DNA of 64,000 bases from Octopus vulgaris (taxonomy: Eukaryota): the NCBI GenBank assembly GCA_951406725.2, contig OX597816.1, positions 120,962,001 through 121,026,000 of the forward strand, written 5' to 3'. Below the pieces are notes generated by a model. That model saw only the letters and a program-made list of their open reading frames with translations. It was not told where the DNA came from and made no database searches. Each line of letters opens with the position of its first letter. Position 1 is the stretch's first letter. The position numbers and the translations under genes are program-made. Of the stretch, positions 51,352 through 64,000 are shown piece by piece.

Positions 51352-51413
<62 letters not shown>

Positions 51414-51941
51414 ATATTTGTCGTCGTCTTGCCCTGAACACCAGTTAACGCCCACGCTATTTGATATGATACCCAGACGCTCCTTTGGGAATATTTACTT
51501 CTCTTCTAAAAGTGCTTCTCATAGTAACCCTTAAACTGGTCAAAGGTGATATAGGGGTGTTGATGAAGCTGTGAATGAGTTCGTCTGTACAGAGTAAACT
51601 GAAAAGTAGCTTCGTTAAAGCCAATTATCGAAGTGGAATCGCATGAGTAGCCATTCATTAATCTTAATTTCCGGTCCGAACCATTCACTATCAACATCTC
51701 TTCCCACTCCAAGAACTACAACTACCACCACCGTTACAATCACCGTAACCACTACCACTACGACACCACAATCACCACAACAACCACCACTATCCCAACC
51801 CTCTGTTTAGTCAACGTGGGTGCCTCTATGGCAGTGGTTCTCAACAGGGGCTCTATATGGCTTTTGAGAGACCACATATAAGATTTTGTAAAAAATTGTT
51901 TAATAAATTGGTTATATTTCTACAATACACAAACTATTTTA

Positions 51942-52271
51942 TGTGCCTGGGGAGGGTCATTCGCTTTTAGTGCCTTATAATTTAACACAGTCACCGGTAA
52001 AATTTCCACTCATTTACTTACTCTTTATTCTTTGACTGTGGCCATGCTGGAGTACCGCTTTTAGTCGAGCAAATCGACCCCAGGACTTATTCTTTGGAAG
52101 CCTAGTACTTATTCTATTGGTCTCTTTTGCCGAATCGTTAAGTTACGGAGACGTAAACACACCAGAATCGATTGTCAAGCGATGTTGAGGCGGGGGACAA
52201 ACACAGACACGCGAACATATACACACACACACACATACATACATACATACATACATACATACATACATACA

Positions 52272-52302
<31 letters not shown>

Positions 52303-52462
52303 TTCTTTATTACCCACAAGGGGCTAAACATAGAGGGGACAAACAAGAACAGACATAGGTATTAAGTCGATTACATCGACCCCAGTGCGTAACTGGTACT
52401 TAATTAATCGACCCCGAAAGGATGAAAGGTAAATACTACTGAAACATACATACATACATACA

Positions 52463-52537
<75 letters not shown>

Positions 52538-52860
52538 GTATTTGCCTTATGTGTGTATATATATATACACACACATATATATACATATATACGACAGACT
52601 TTCAGTTTCCGTCTACCAAATCCACTCACAAGGCTTTGGTCGGCCCGAGGCTATAATAGAAGACACTTGCCCAAGCTGCCACGCAGTGGGACTGAACCCG
52701 GAACCATGTAGTTGGTAAGCAAGCTACTTATCACACAGCCACTCCTACGCCTTATTTATTTTTCTAAAATTTTCGTTGCGTCTTGCAACTTTTTCAATAG
52801 TTTACCGGTGAGTGTGTCAAATTATAAGGTACTAAAAGAGAATGACTCTCCCCAGACACA
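51942..52860. mobile_element. Palindromic MITE (~185 bp, ~60-bp TIRs) split by a SINE
   Basis: tgtgcctggggagggtcattcgcttttagtgccttataatttaacacagtcaccggtaaa matches the reverse complement of 52801-52860. Confidence 0.88.
52018..52751 (-). mobile_element. SINE family B with a family M fragment (52302-52432) in its central microsatellite
   Basis: Both halves match 57305-57703; the inner piece matches the family M 3' end. Confidence 0.9.
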
Positions 52861-52991
52861 ACAGAATATGCTTCAACACACGAACTCACATAAAGAATCT
52901 TGCAAACCAAATCCCAAAACGAAGCAAAATATTTTAACAACTTTTTCATATAATTTCCAATAATATTTCATTCTATCATAAAAATATTCTT

Positions 52992-53426
52992 TTACTCTTT
53001 TACTTGTTTCAGTCATTTGACTGCGGCCATGTTGGAGTACCACCTTAAAAGGTTTTAGTCGAAGAAATTGACTCCAAGACTTTTTTTAAAGCCTAGTACT
53101 TATTCTATCGTTCTCTTTTGCCGAACTGCTAGGTTACGGGGACATGAATACATCATCATCGGTTGTCAATCGATGGTGGGCGGGACAAACACAGACATGC
53201 AAGCATAAAACATACATACGTACAAACATACATGTATACTTATACACACACACACATATTTATAACGGGCTTCTTTCAGTTTCCGTCAACCAAATCCACT
53301 CACAAGGCTTTGGTCGGCCCTAGGCTATAGCAGAAGACACTTGCCCAAGGTGCCATGCAGCGGGACTGAACCAGGAACCATGTGATTAGGAAGCAAGCTT
53401 CTTACCACACAGCCATTCCTGCGCCT
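52992..53426 (-). mobile_element. SINE family B, full length
   Basis: Reverse complement of 57305-57703. Confidence 0.92.
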
Positions 53427-53469
53427 ACAATAAGATTTTTTAAACATCAAATGGCTATGAAGGTCCAAG

Positions 53470-54565
53470 GGTTCATCCAGATAGATAAGAATTGGGAAGG
53501 GGTGACGAACAGGGTGACCTCTCTTACCTAAAAATGGGCAGAGAGGAAGTTGTTCCTTAAAGGTCGGGCATAGGTGGCGAATGCCTACATCGCCTCTGTC
53601 ATTATTTATTATCTGACCGTTGTGCCTTGCCCCTGTTACCGCTTGATTAGATTGGAGTGTATCCTGTTTATTTTCTTGCAGAAAGGATGCGTTCCAATGT
53701 TCAGGCGGTCAGTCTGCTGCCAACTTCCTTTGTGCGACGGCTTAGGCATGCCATGGATTTTAATGTGCAGACACGCACTCAGGTTGCGCCACCTGCAGCG
53801 ATTTCTAGAATGTGAACGTGTAGGGGTTCCTTTTGTGAGACGCGCCTTTCCGCTGCTCGTCTCCTTGGCGGAGCTGCAGTCTTGGGTAAAGGATAGGCCG
53901 AGACTGGGTGCCTGGCACTTAGAATGTCGTCAGGCGCTCACTATCCTCTACAAGTCGGGCAACAGGATTCGTGGATGTTCCACTTTAGATATTAACAGAG
54001 GATTAGAAGCGGGGAAGAGCGACGACGTCCACGGGGAGAACCTAGGCATCGACGAAGACCAACTGGCAAGTTTATCCGGTCGGGGACTGTTATGGATAAC
54101 TTCCAGATGCCTTTGGCCTAGCAGTGCTACCGGGGAGCGCTACTGGTTCGAGATAAACTCTACAGACACGGATGTGCTGTCAGACGGGCTTGTCCGAGGT
54201 GCTCGCAGAGCGACGAAACTGTACTGCATGCACTCGTTCAGTGTCCGGGCATTGCTGAATTGTGGAGTTATGTCGAACAGCTGTTGTCGTGTTTAGGACA
54301 GATCTGTCTGTTCTCCGAGTCCATAATGATGATTGCCCCGCCGCCCTCCTTTAATCGGGCTTGCAAGGCATTTTTCCTTTGTCTGATGGATGTGGCGAAA
54401 AATGTTATCTGGTGGACGAGGCTTAAAGGAATGAGGACAAAAATTTTCCTCTTTGGTAAAGCCCTCATCGTCTTTTTCAATGTCCTCAAGTGAATTTATC
54501 AGAGTGTGGGTGAAAGTTGCAAAAATGGCAAGAGTGGATTGTACCACTCTCAGTGTATTTTAAGG
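53470..54565 (+). mobile_element. Tx1/L1-clade LINE ORF2 C-terminal part
   Basis: KWAERKLFLKGR, DGLGMPW...HALRLRHL and zinc knuckle CPRCSQSDETVLHALVQCP. Homologous to 30400-31150. Confidence 0.9.
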
Positions 54566-54817
54566 GCCACTGAAAAAGCTTTGCTTTAGATGTATTTATT
54601 GGTGTATATTGCAAGAAACAGCTAGGTTTTTTTTTCTCTAACATTTTGCATAGTTCAACCTACACAAATGGATGAGTGAATTACAAAATAGAAATTTTGA
54701 AAGAAGTTTCTATTAAACTAGTTTTTAAATATCGAATGGCTACGGGGATCCACCAGAAGAAATTAGTAATCAAAGGGATCTATTGACAAAAAGTGGTTGA
54801 GAACCCCTGCTCCAGAG

Positions 54818-55190
54818 CAACGGCTCTCAAACAGTACATCCCGGCACACTTGATATAGCTAGATGCGTTACAAAAATTAATCAATTCCAGTAGCAATACC
54901 GCAATATCAACTTATATTTTAAAATGTGAAAAATATAAGCTGAAATTCTAAAACTTTGATAAAGCTCTGCTTCAATAATTGAATGAAGAAGTAACTACTT
55001 CATCGTTTCCTGTCGTTTAAATTATTTATAAATTAGCTATCAGCAACCGGGGCAGTGTTTGTAATTATTTATATTCACAGGCTAAAATATATAAGTGCCT
55101 TTGAAAAAATCATTTGTTAACTTTATGCACCTAGGTGCGCCAAGATATTTTTACTTGCACCAACGAGTGCGCTGCGAGTGAAAAAATAAA
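54818..55190. mobile_element. Second, decayed hAT-like MITE abutting the first
   Basis: Starts caacggctctcaaac...cggcacac; gtgcgctgcgagtgaaaaaa near the far end. Right TIR not clear. Confidence 0.45.
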
Positions 55191-55814
55191 TTATAGGAAG
55201 TGGTACTGTAGATGTTTGAAACAATTTAGGAACTCATTTCTGGTTGTGGTATAAACAGACATTGCTAAAACTTCAATGTAACTGTATCCACGAACAAGTC
55301 CAATATTCAGGATGTTTCCTGACCAAATCTGCCCTTCCTTTTGTACTGAATTGACCGCACTGAAAAGTTCATGCTCATCTAGGAGAAAGTGCCGTGTTAA
55401 GCCTTTAACTGTGAAATTATATTTCATGTTTATTCCAGTAGTGATGTTAAATATCTACAACAACAAAAAAGAAAGAAAAAAGAAAAGTAAAATGTAAAAG
55501 AAAAAGAAGGTATAGAACTGGTATTTTCTGCAAGTTGCGATGCACCAGAAAACTTAGCATATCTCAAGAAAAAATTGTTTCAAACACAACATTCCTCAAC
55601 AAAAGATAGATTAGTATTTAAAACTGCTTTTTATAGTTAATGATAACAAAATTTTGATTGGATATATATTTGCCTTTTGTTGTAGAAAGGTAAATATAGA
55701 GTAGAATTTATCAAATAAAATGAAATAAGAAAAATAAAGAACAGAACCTTGACACTGAAATCTAGTCTTCCACTTCAGAACAAGAGAATATTTTAACCCT
55801 CGTTAATTATAAGC

Positions 55815-56095
55815 CGTCTCCAAAGCTCAGGTGAAATCCATAATGAAGTACTGCTCCATCATCGAGGACGGTATAGCTACGAGACTCGGGGACGACCTCA
55901 AAATAAAGATCACCCGACAGTTCGACTTCAAGTCGCACCCAAATATACTCCAACCACTGAGCCATCTCATCACTTTGTCCTCTTTCTATCTTACAATAGT
56001 GGTCCCTGTTTCTTAGAGTTGCTTGACCTAACACCATTTCAACCTAAGCGCTCCTCATTCACTCATCTTTCCTTCTCGCGTCACCCAAATGTATT
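55815..56095 (+). mobile_element. Decayed CR1/Zenon-like LINE fragment
   Basis: KAQVKSIMKYCSII...LQPLSHL...SSFY...GPCFLELLDL...HP. Confidence 0.72.
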
Positions 56096-56377
56096 GTTTT
56101 CGTTGAATAGGCATGGTTGTGTGGTTACGAACAGCGCTTTGCAACCACATGGTTTCGGGTTCAGTCTTCTACTATGTCCATGGGCCAACCAGTGCATTGC
56201 AACAAAATTCGGTCATATATATATATATATATATATATATAAGAAAAGTTATGGCCGGTCACAGAGTGACTATTGGGAAACCAATAGTTACTCTATCACC
56301 GGCCATAACTTTTAACTTCCAAAATTTAAATCTTTAAATATACGTATATATATATATATATATATATAAAATTTCTT

Positions 56378-56752
56378 TTACTCTTTTCAGTCATTTTGAC
56401 TGCGGACATGCTGGAGCATCGCTTTTAACTGAACAAATTGACACCAATTCTTTGTAAGCCTAGTACTTATTCTATCGGTCTCGTTTGTCGAACCGCAAAG
56501 TTACAGGAACGTAAACACACCAACATCGGTTGTCAAGTGATGGTGGGGGGACCAAGCACAGGCACATAAATACACATACACACATATATATACACGAAGA
56601 GCTTCTTTCAGTTTCCATCTACCAAATCCACTCACAAGGCTTTGGTCGGCCCGAGGCTATAGAAGACACCTGTCCAAGGTTCCACGCAGTGGGACTGAAC
56701 CAGGAACCATTTGGTCGGAACGCAAACTTCTTACCACACAGCCACTCCCGCG

Positions 56753-56754
<2 letters not shown>
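56378..56754 (-). mobile_element. SINE family B
   Basis: Reverse complement of 57305-57703. Confidence 0.9.
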
Positions 56755-56813
<59 letters not shown>

Positions 56814-57304
56814 GAATTGTGATCTGTGTATGTATGTATATATATATATATATGTATATATGTATATTGGCCTGCTCGCTTAGCCAGCGGTGTGGCGTCA
56901 TTCGAAGGCTAAAACAATGCAAAGGCATTGTGACCAGCGATGTGTAACTGCATCTGATGGACTGGTCGGTCACGTGATCACATGATATATGTATATATGA
57001 GAGAAAAATGGGTTCAAAAAGAATAATTCAAACTTTTTGTGGGATCCAGAAAGAGAGAAAAAATGATTTCTAATAAAGATTCATCATATTCATAAAAAAA
57101 CAGCCAGAGCAAGTAATAAAAATATGAAAATAATAATTGAGGAGTTTCGTTATCCGTATAAAAATATACCACAAACAAGTATTTAAAAAAATGGAGAAAA
57201 AAATGTAGAATCAGAAATAGATTTATTATATGGATTCAATGCATACATACGTTGGGAAAAGCAATGCAAATGTGTAAGAAAAAAAAAAAAGATATTGTAT
57301 GTAA

Positions 57305-57703
57305 GGCGCAGGAGTGGGTGTGTGGTAAGTAGCTTGCTAACCAACCACATGATTCCGGGTTCAGTCCCACTGCGTGGCATCTTGGGCAAGTGTCTTCTGC
57401 TATAGCCCCGGGCCGACCAATGCCTTGTGAGTGGATTTGGTAGACGGAAACTGAAAGAAGCCTGTCGTATCTATGTATATGTATATATATGTATGTGTGT
57501 GTTTGTGTGTCTATGTTTGTCCCCCGAGCATTGCTTGACAACCGATGCTGGTGTGTTTACGTCCCCGTAACTTAGCGGTTCGGCAAAAGAGTCCGATAGA
57601 ATAAGTACTGGGCTTACAAAGAATAAGTCCCGGGGTCGATTTGCTCGACTAAAGGCGGTGCTCCAGCATGGCCGCAGTCAAATGACTGAAACAAGTAAAA
57701 GAG
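57305..57703 (+). mobile_element. SINE family B (tRNA head, CORE-like cttgggcaagtg, central microsatellite), best-preserved copy
   Basis: ggcgcaggagtgg head, gggttcagtccc B-box-like, tail gactgaaacaagtaaaagag. Confidence 0.93.
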
Positions 57704-58251
57704 ATATATGGCGTACGTATGGATTGGAAGTTGAGTATGTCGATGATTGTTTGATATTTGTGTTGGTGGTCGGTTAACTCCTTGGTACGTCCCCTTTATC
57801 TGAGAGTAAGTCTGCTAAGGTTTTGATGATTTTTAACTACAACACCTAGCACCGCTATCTCTAAAAATTTCTTAGATTATTCAGTGTCTATGTTTAAACT
57901 ATAAACTAATTTAGATAATTTACATAAGTGGAAATATATTTTCCCATTGTATATTTGTATATCTCTTTGTTTCTTATTTGTCTGTTTAAAACAACATCTC
58001 ATTCTCCTATAAAATCAAATGTAAAATTTAAATACACCACTAACGTTGGCTATGTCAAGGTCGGTGCTCAAAATCTTAGCATTTTCAAATCTTATCCGTT
58101 TAAAATTTTACATGATGAAGTAAACACAGCGATGTCACTCATTACACGGCATCATGAAGGTCACTGCTAGCTCTCACTGCACAAGCAACCGTGTGCTATC
58201 ATCTGCTGGTGCGCTACGGAACATTTTGATAGCACCTCGGATACTTACATG

Positions 58252-58290
<39 letters not shown>

Positions 58291-58311
58291 GCATTTACAT
58301 ATCTATTTAAT

Positions 58312-58716
<405 letters not shown>

Positions 58717-59360
58717 TTACATTTACATAATTGTTAGTAATTTCTAGCGTGTGAAAAAAAAAATATTAACAGTTCAGATTATTTGTGAAGTGTTCTGATA
58801 ATCATGTCATTCTGACGAATATTGTCGTAACTGAGCGATTTTCACATCAAATTTAAAAGTAAATTAAGAAAACAAACATGACTTAAACCTTATGATAGAA
58901 TAATAGGATCAAACTCATTCATAGATTAGTATGACGAATAATCAGTGGTTTTGTTTTGTTTTCTCTGTTATCTACCTTCGCAGTTCAAATTGTATTTATT
59001 CAGTGCTTTGTGTGTGTGTGTGTGTGTGTGTGCGTGTGGGTGTGTGTGCGTGTACGTAATACATATATATATGTGTGTATATATACATATATATATATGA
59101 ATGTATAGGTACACACACGCACACGATTGTCTACCACCAAACCACGCTTGCACCTATAGATATATTACGTATACATACATGTTACATATACTTTATAAAT
59201 AATATGTATCACATATATAAATAGACACACAAAAACACACATATGTATGTATGTATGTGTGTGTATGTGTGTGTATGTATGTATGAATGCATGCATGTAT
59301 GTATGTATGTATGTATGTATGTATGTATGTATGTATGTATATAATATGCTATAACGTATT

Positions 59361-59519
59361 AGGTGGCGAGCTGGCAGAATCGTTAGCACGCCAGGCAAAA
59401 TGCTTAGCGGCATTTCGTCCGTTCTTACGTTATGAGTTCAAATTCCTCCGAAGTTAACTTCACCTTTCATCTCTTTCGGGGTCGATAAAATAAGTAGAGT
59501 ACTTGGGTCGATGTAATCA
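59361..59519 (+). mobile_element. SINE family M, 3'-truncated
   Basis: Head, B-box and core present. Confidence 0.88.
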
Positions 59520-59574
59520 TAGTTGATGTTGTATGCCCCTTCGACCTACGAATAGTCAAGAACGAAGACGAAAG

Positions 59575-59650
<76 letters not shown>

Positions 59651-59762
59651 CAACCCTCTTATGTACGAAATAGCACTGCTATGGAAAATTAAGAAGGCGA
59701 AGACAATGCCAATTATTGTTGGGTCCTTGGGAACAATATCGAAGGCATCAAGAGGAATAAAT
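59520..59762 (+). mobile_element. R4/Dong family C fragment containing an expanded (GATA)n
   Basis: Colinear with 40545-40720. Confidence 0.88.
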
Positions 59763-59899
59763 ATCTTTTTTTTTTATTTGGAGGTGGTGAATCAATATCA
59801 TTTTTCGTTGCTTCCAGGTCTTGATAACTTTACATTGCACAAGTAGTTGTAATTGTTGTTTAGCCTCTGGTCAGACCCGCGTTACTCCACACCCGCCAC

Positions 59900-60720
59900 C
59901 TTTTTACAGATATTGTGTACCTACAACTACACAATCCAATACGCCCATTTTTAGATTGTAAGGAGTGAGCTGAAGGAAGTTTGGTTCTGCTTTTATCAAG
60001 TAGAACAACTACACAGAGATACCCTGTTGCATCTGTTGTACGAGCATAAGTAGATATAGGCACGTGTAGTGTTTCTTCCAGACCTTAGGTGTTTTAGTAC
60101 ATGTTTGAGATTTCACTTGGCCCCCAAACTTTTTGAGTTTTCCGATTTCTCTACAACTATTTGGATGCTTGATGGAACGAAGAAATCCAAAACAGGGTAC
60201 GGATACAGATTGCATATCTTTCGTTTTACGTTCTCGTCTTATACGTGGTCTTTCGCGGTTGATTTTTGAGAAATATCTGATCAAGGTGTTTGCGTGGTGT
60301 CGCAACATGTGTATGCTATATGGAGTTGTTATTATAAGATGGCTTACGGTGTGACCGCTGTTGTTGTTGTTGCGGATGCTGTTAATTATTCTGTATAATA
60401 TTTTAATGTTAGTTTTATGGTTAATATTAGATACATATGTTTACCACCAGATTTCTAGTTTTCTATGCTTTTATTTTTATTTACTTACTATTTCCTTGTT
60501 TAGTTGTTTTCTGCTGAGTTCTATTTCTGTCTTGTGTGGTTTGGTGTACTCTCTGTGAAATTGTCTCTGGTTTTATGAGGTTGGTCACTTCTGGCGTGTA
60601 ATTAAGGCTGTATATTGGCTTTTTGCTAGTTATGTTTTTCTTTGGCGGTTGGTTGGGGTGGGGTCTGCATCTATAATTATTTTTCAATGTTTGTACTGCA
60701 GTTAGATAAACAGACAGAAC
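59900..60720 (-). mobile_element. Possible decayed Penelope-like element
   Basis: Weak GIY-YIG C-terminal echoes (CDTT, SIKHPN, YLC..., SCR). Heavily frameshifted. Confidence 0.35.
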
Positions 60721-60744
60721 GACCGACATAACCAAACTATGGTC

Positions 60745-61605
60745 CTAACTAGGTGTCACAACCAATTTTTGCACATAATATTTTTGCAGATGCACTAAAG
60801 TATCAACGTGGAAGCGTTGATGCAATAAGAATCAACATCGAGTTGCAACAAGCTACTTTCGCAAGAACGGTGAGAAAAGATAACGCACAAGTATAGATAA
60901 ACGGAAGACGGAAGTCGAAACCTATACTTCTGAATAAGGCCACTGATTGGAAGGTGCAGCTAGATTTGAAGGCAGTACGCATATTTCCAAACCATAATCA
61001 AGAAACGCCCTGATCTCATGACATGGTCTGATTTGACAAAGAAAGTCCTGGCTGTTGAGTTGACTGTGTTTAGGGAAGATAATATAGATTGGGTAAGGAA
61101 AGGAAGGGCCTAAAACGTGAAAGGAAAAGGCTAAAACATGACGGGTCCAGAGAATATACAAGGGTATTAATATAGACTATTTTCAGTAGAGTTGGAACGC
61201 CATGAGTTTGTTGCTGGATCCACAATGTACTATACGACTGGTATTGGACGTTGGAAGAACAAAAGAGTAGAGCAGTAATTCGCTAAATGAAGAAGCAAGT
61301 AAAAATGCTTTATTGTAAATATGGTAAAGGCATGAAAAAGACCAAAACTGAGAAGAATGAACAAATCCTCCGTGAGTAGTAAAACAAATTTGATGCTGTG
61401 CGGTGGTTGAAATGGGAAAAACTGTTCGTGGTTTGGGAAGCTGGTTATTTAAATGAAGGTGGAAAAAAAAGTTTAAAAGAGAGTGGACCAAATGGATTTA
61501 GACATTCCCTAGAAGTATCATCACTGATTAACACAGCTGGAAGGAGTGATACTCTCGAGAAATGCCGAAACCGTTGTAATCTCTAGCAGACGGCTGATGA
61601 AGAGA
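60745..61605 (+). mobile_element. HERO-clade (RLE) non-LTR retrotransposon 3' region
   Basis: RCHNQFL, LLNKATDWKVQLDL...FP, RPDLMTWSDLTKKVLAVELTVFREDNI, VELERHEFVAGST and EEASKNALL*IW match the HERO endonuclease pattern. Confidence 0.82.
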
Positions 61606-62129
61606 AAATACCGCTGTGTAAACTACATGTAAAACACATACTTTCCACAAACACAGACACTCACATATACACACGTATGTATATATAAACACTAGTATGA
61701 CTTCAAAATAGTAAAAACATGCAAGACACGCATGCGTTCAACGCGCATATTAATAAGTGAAAGTAGGTGCGCGTGCACGTGTGTGTGTGTGTGTGCACAT
61801 GCATGCATTGCAGTGTTTAGTTATTTTTCTTCTACATTTTCGCTTCAAATTCACTGAGGTCAGTTTTGCCATTCATCCTTCCGGGATTTATGAAATAAAT
61901 CCAGTTAAGTCCTGGTTAAATCGACTACTACCTCATCCCCACATGAATTATAGCGTAAGTAGATAGATATCTAAGAAACGCTTATAACTTTAAAGTAATC
62001 TTCATGCACATTGAGCGAGAGAGCGTGTGTGGGATAGCCTGGGGCCCATGAATCTATAGTGATGTCTTTCTGCGTGGTTTTACATTGTTTTGCAAACTAT
62101 CAATCTTCACTCATAACATTGAGATCGAT

Positions 62130-62630
<501 letters not shown>

Positions 62631-63022
62631 CACATAGTCTGTGCATACATCCATAAGAAATTTTATTAAAATCTCGCGCTGTTAAAACTGGAAGGCGAAA
62701 AGGAGCGACTGGAACATGGAAAACAATAGGAAGTGTTGTGTCAAGCCTCCTGTGTTTCAACAATGAATAATAAATGGAAGTTATTAGTGTAGAACTAAAG
62801 CAGAAATATGATTTAATCATTTACTTCAGTTTTGATAAATATATGGGAGATAAGAAGTTTTATATAGACATACATACATACATACATACATACATACATA
62901 CATACATACACACATACATACACACACACACACGTATGTGCGTGTGTGTGTATGTGTGTGTGTATATATATATATAAGTACATACATATGTGTATATATG
63001 TGTACATATGTGTACATATGTG

Positions 63023-63100
<78 letters not shown>

Positions 63101-63150
63101 TACAAATATAATATATATACATACATACATATAAACATATATATATAAAC

Positions 63151-63182
<32 letters not shown>

Positions 63183-63214
63183 CTTTTACTCTTCACTCTT
63201 TATATACATATATA

Positions 63215-63423
63215 TATTCTTTACTGCCCACAGGGGGTTAAACATAGAGGGGACAAACAAAGAGATTAAGTCGATTACATCGACCCCCGTGCGTAACTGG
63301 TACTTATTTAATCGACCCCGAAAGGATGAAAGGCAAAGTCGACCTCGGCGGAATTTGAACTCAGAACGTAGCGGCAGACGAAATACCGCTAAGCATTTCA
63401 CCCGGCGTGATAACGATTCTGCA
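63215..63423 (-). mobile_element. SINE family M, CpG-rich copy
   Basis: Reverse complement of 36760-36978. Confidence 0.92.
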
Positions 63424-63567
63424 CACAAACACATGCACACGCGCCCGCGCGCAGACATGTACACGCACGTATGTATACTCGCATATTCATACATGGATAA
63501 ATAACGCGTGCGTTCTCCCTCTCTCGCTTTCTCTCTCTCTTTTTATGTATATATATGTATATACATG

Positions 63568-63615
<48 letters not shown>

Positions 63616-63930
63616 CACCCACACACATGCATATACGCACATATACATACATACATGCACACATGTATATACACATACATGACACATGGACGTTAAATGA
63701 TGATGATGATGATGATAGTGATAGTGATAGTGATGATGTTGCTCCTGCTGATGATGGATGATTATGCTGTGTGTGTGTGTGGTGTTCCTGTATTCGTGTC
63801 TAGCTACATGTATATACATATACGTATATACACATACATAAATACATACATACGCGCATGCATACACACACATGCATACACAAATATACACACGTCGCAC
63901 ATACACGCGCACACTCACACACAAACACAT

Positions 63931-63966
<36 letters not shown>

Positions 63967-64000
63967 GCACACCCATACACAAACATAAGGACACACAGCG

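Larger units (their letters stand above)
51832..54809. mobile_element. hAT/Charlie-like MITE ends enclosing nested insertions
   Basis: cagtggttctcaac at 51832 and gttgagaacccctg ending at 54809. Flanks ctctatgg / ctccagag resemble the NTCTAGAN target. Confidence 0.7.

Noticed and set aside
51506-51712. 68-aa non-repetitive minus-strand ORF
   Set aside because: No recognisable homology and no true ATG start.
53574-54296. Longest ORF (240 aa) as a host gene
   Set aside because: A frameshifted Tx1 ORF2 remnant homologous to 30400-31150.

Overview
AT-rich, microsatellite-saturated animal DNA. The repeat content (tRNA-derived SINE families, RTE, R4/Dong, Tx1, CR1, HERO and Penelope remnants) points to an octopus or other coleoid cephalopod; this is recognised from memory, not by database search. 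I found no intact protein-coding gene or functional RNA gene. Almost all ORFs in the track are microsatellite artefacts or decayed retroelement frames. I cannot support a clear-cut new biological system. The best leads are: (1) an R4-type LINE at 0.8-3.2 kb split into two oppositely oriented pieces that rejoin in frame (twin-priming geometry), with a 5S rRNA fragment and an inverted copy of the flank in the junction; (2) nests of several co-oriented Dong/R4 families, a non-coding partner element and opposite-strand SINEs within (AAT)n tracts; (3) a CpG-decay boundary near 14 kb, recorded by SINE copies, suggesting a methylated gene body on the left; (4) hammerhead-like cores and a pre-miRNA-sized hairpin at 12.8-14.3 kb and 61.6 kb; (5) modular head/tail swapping among SINEs. 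Coordinates of decayed repeats are approximate.
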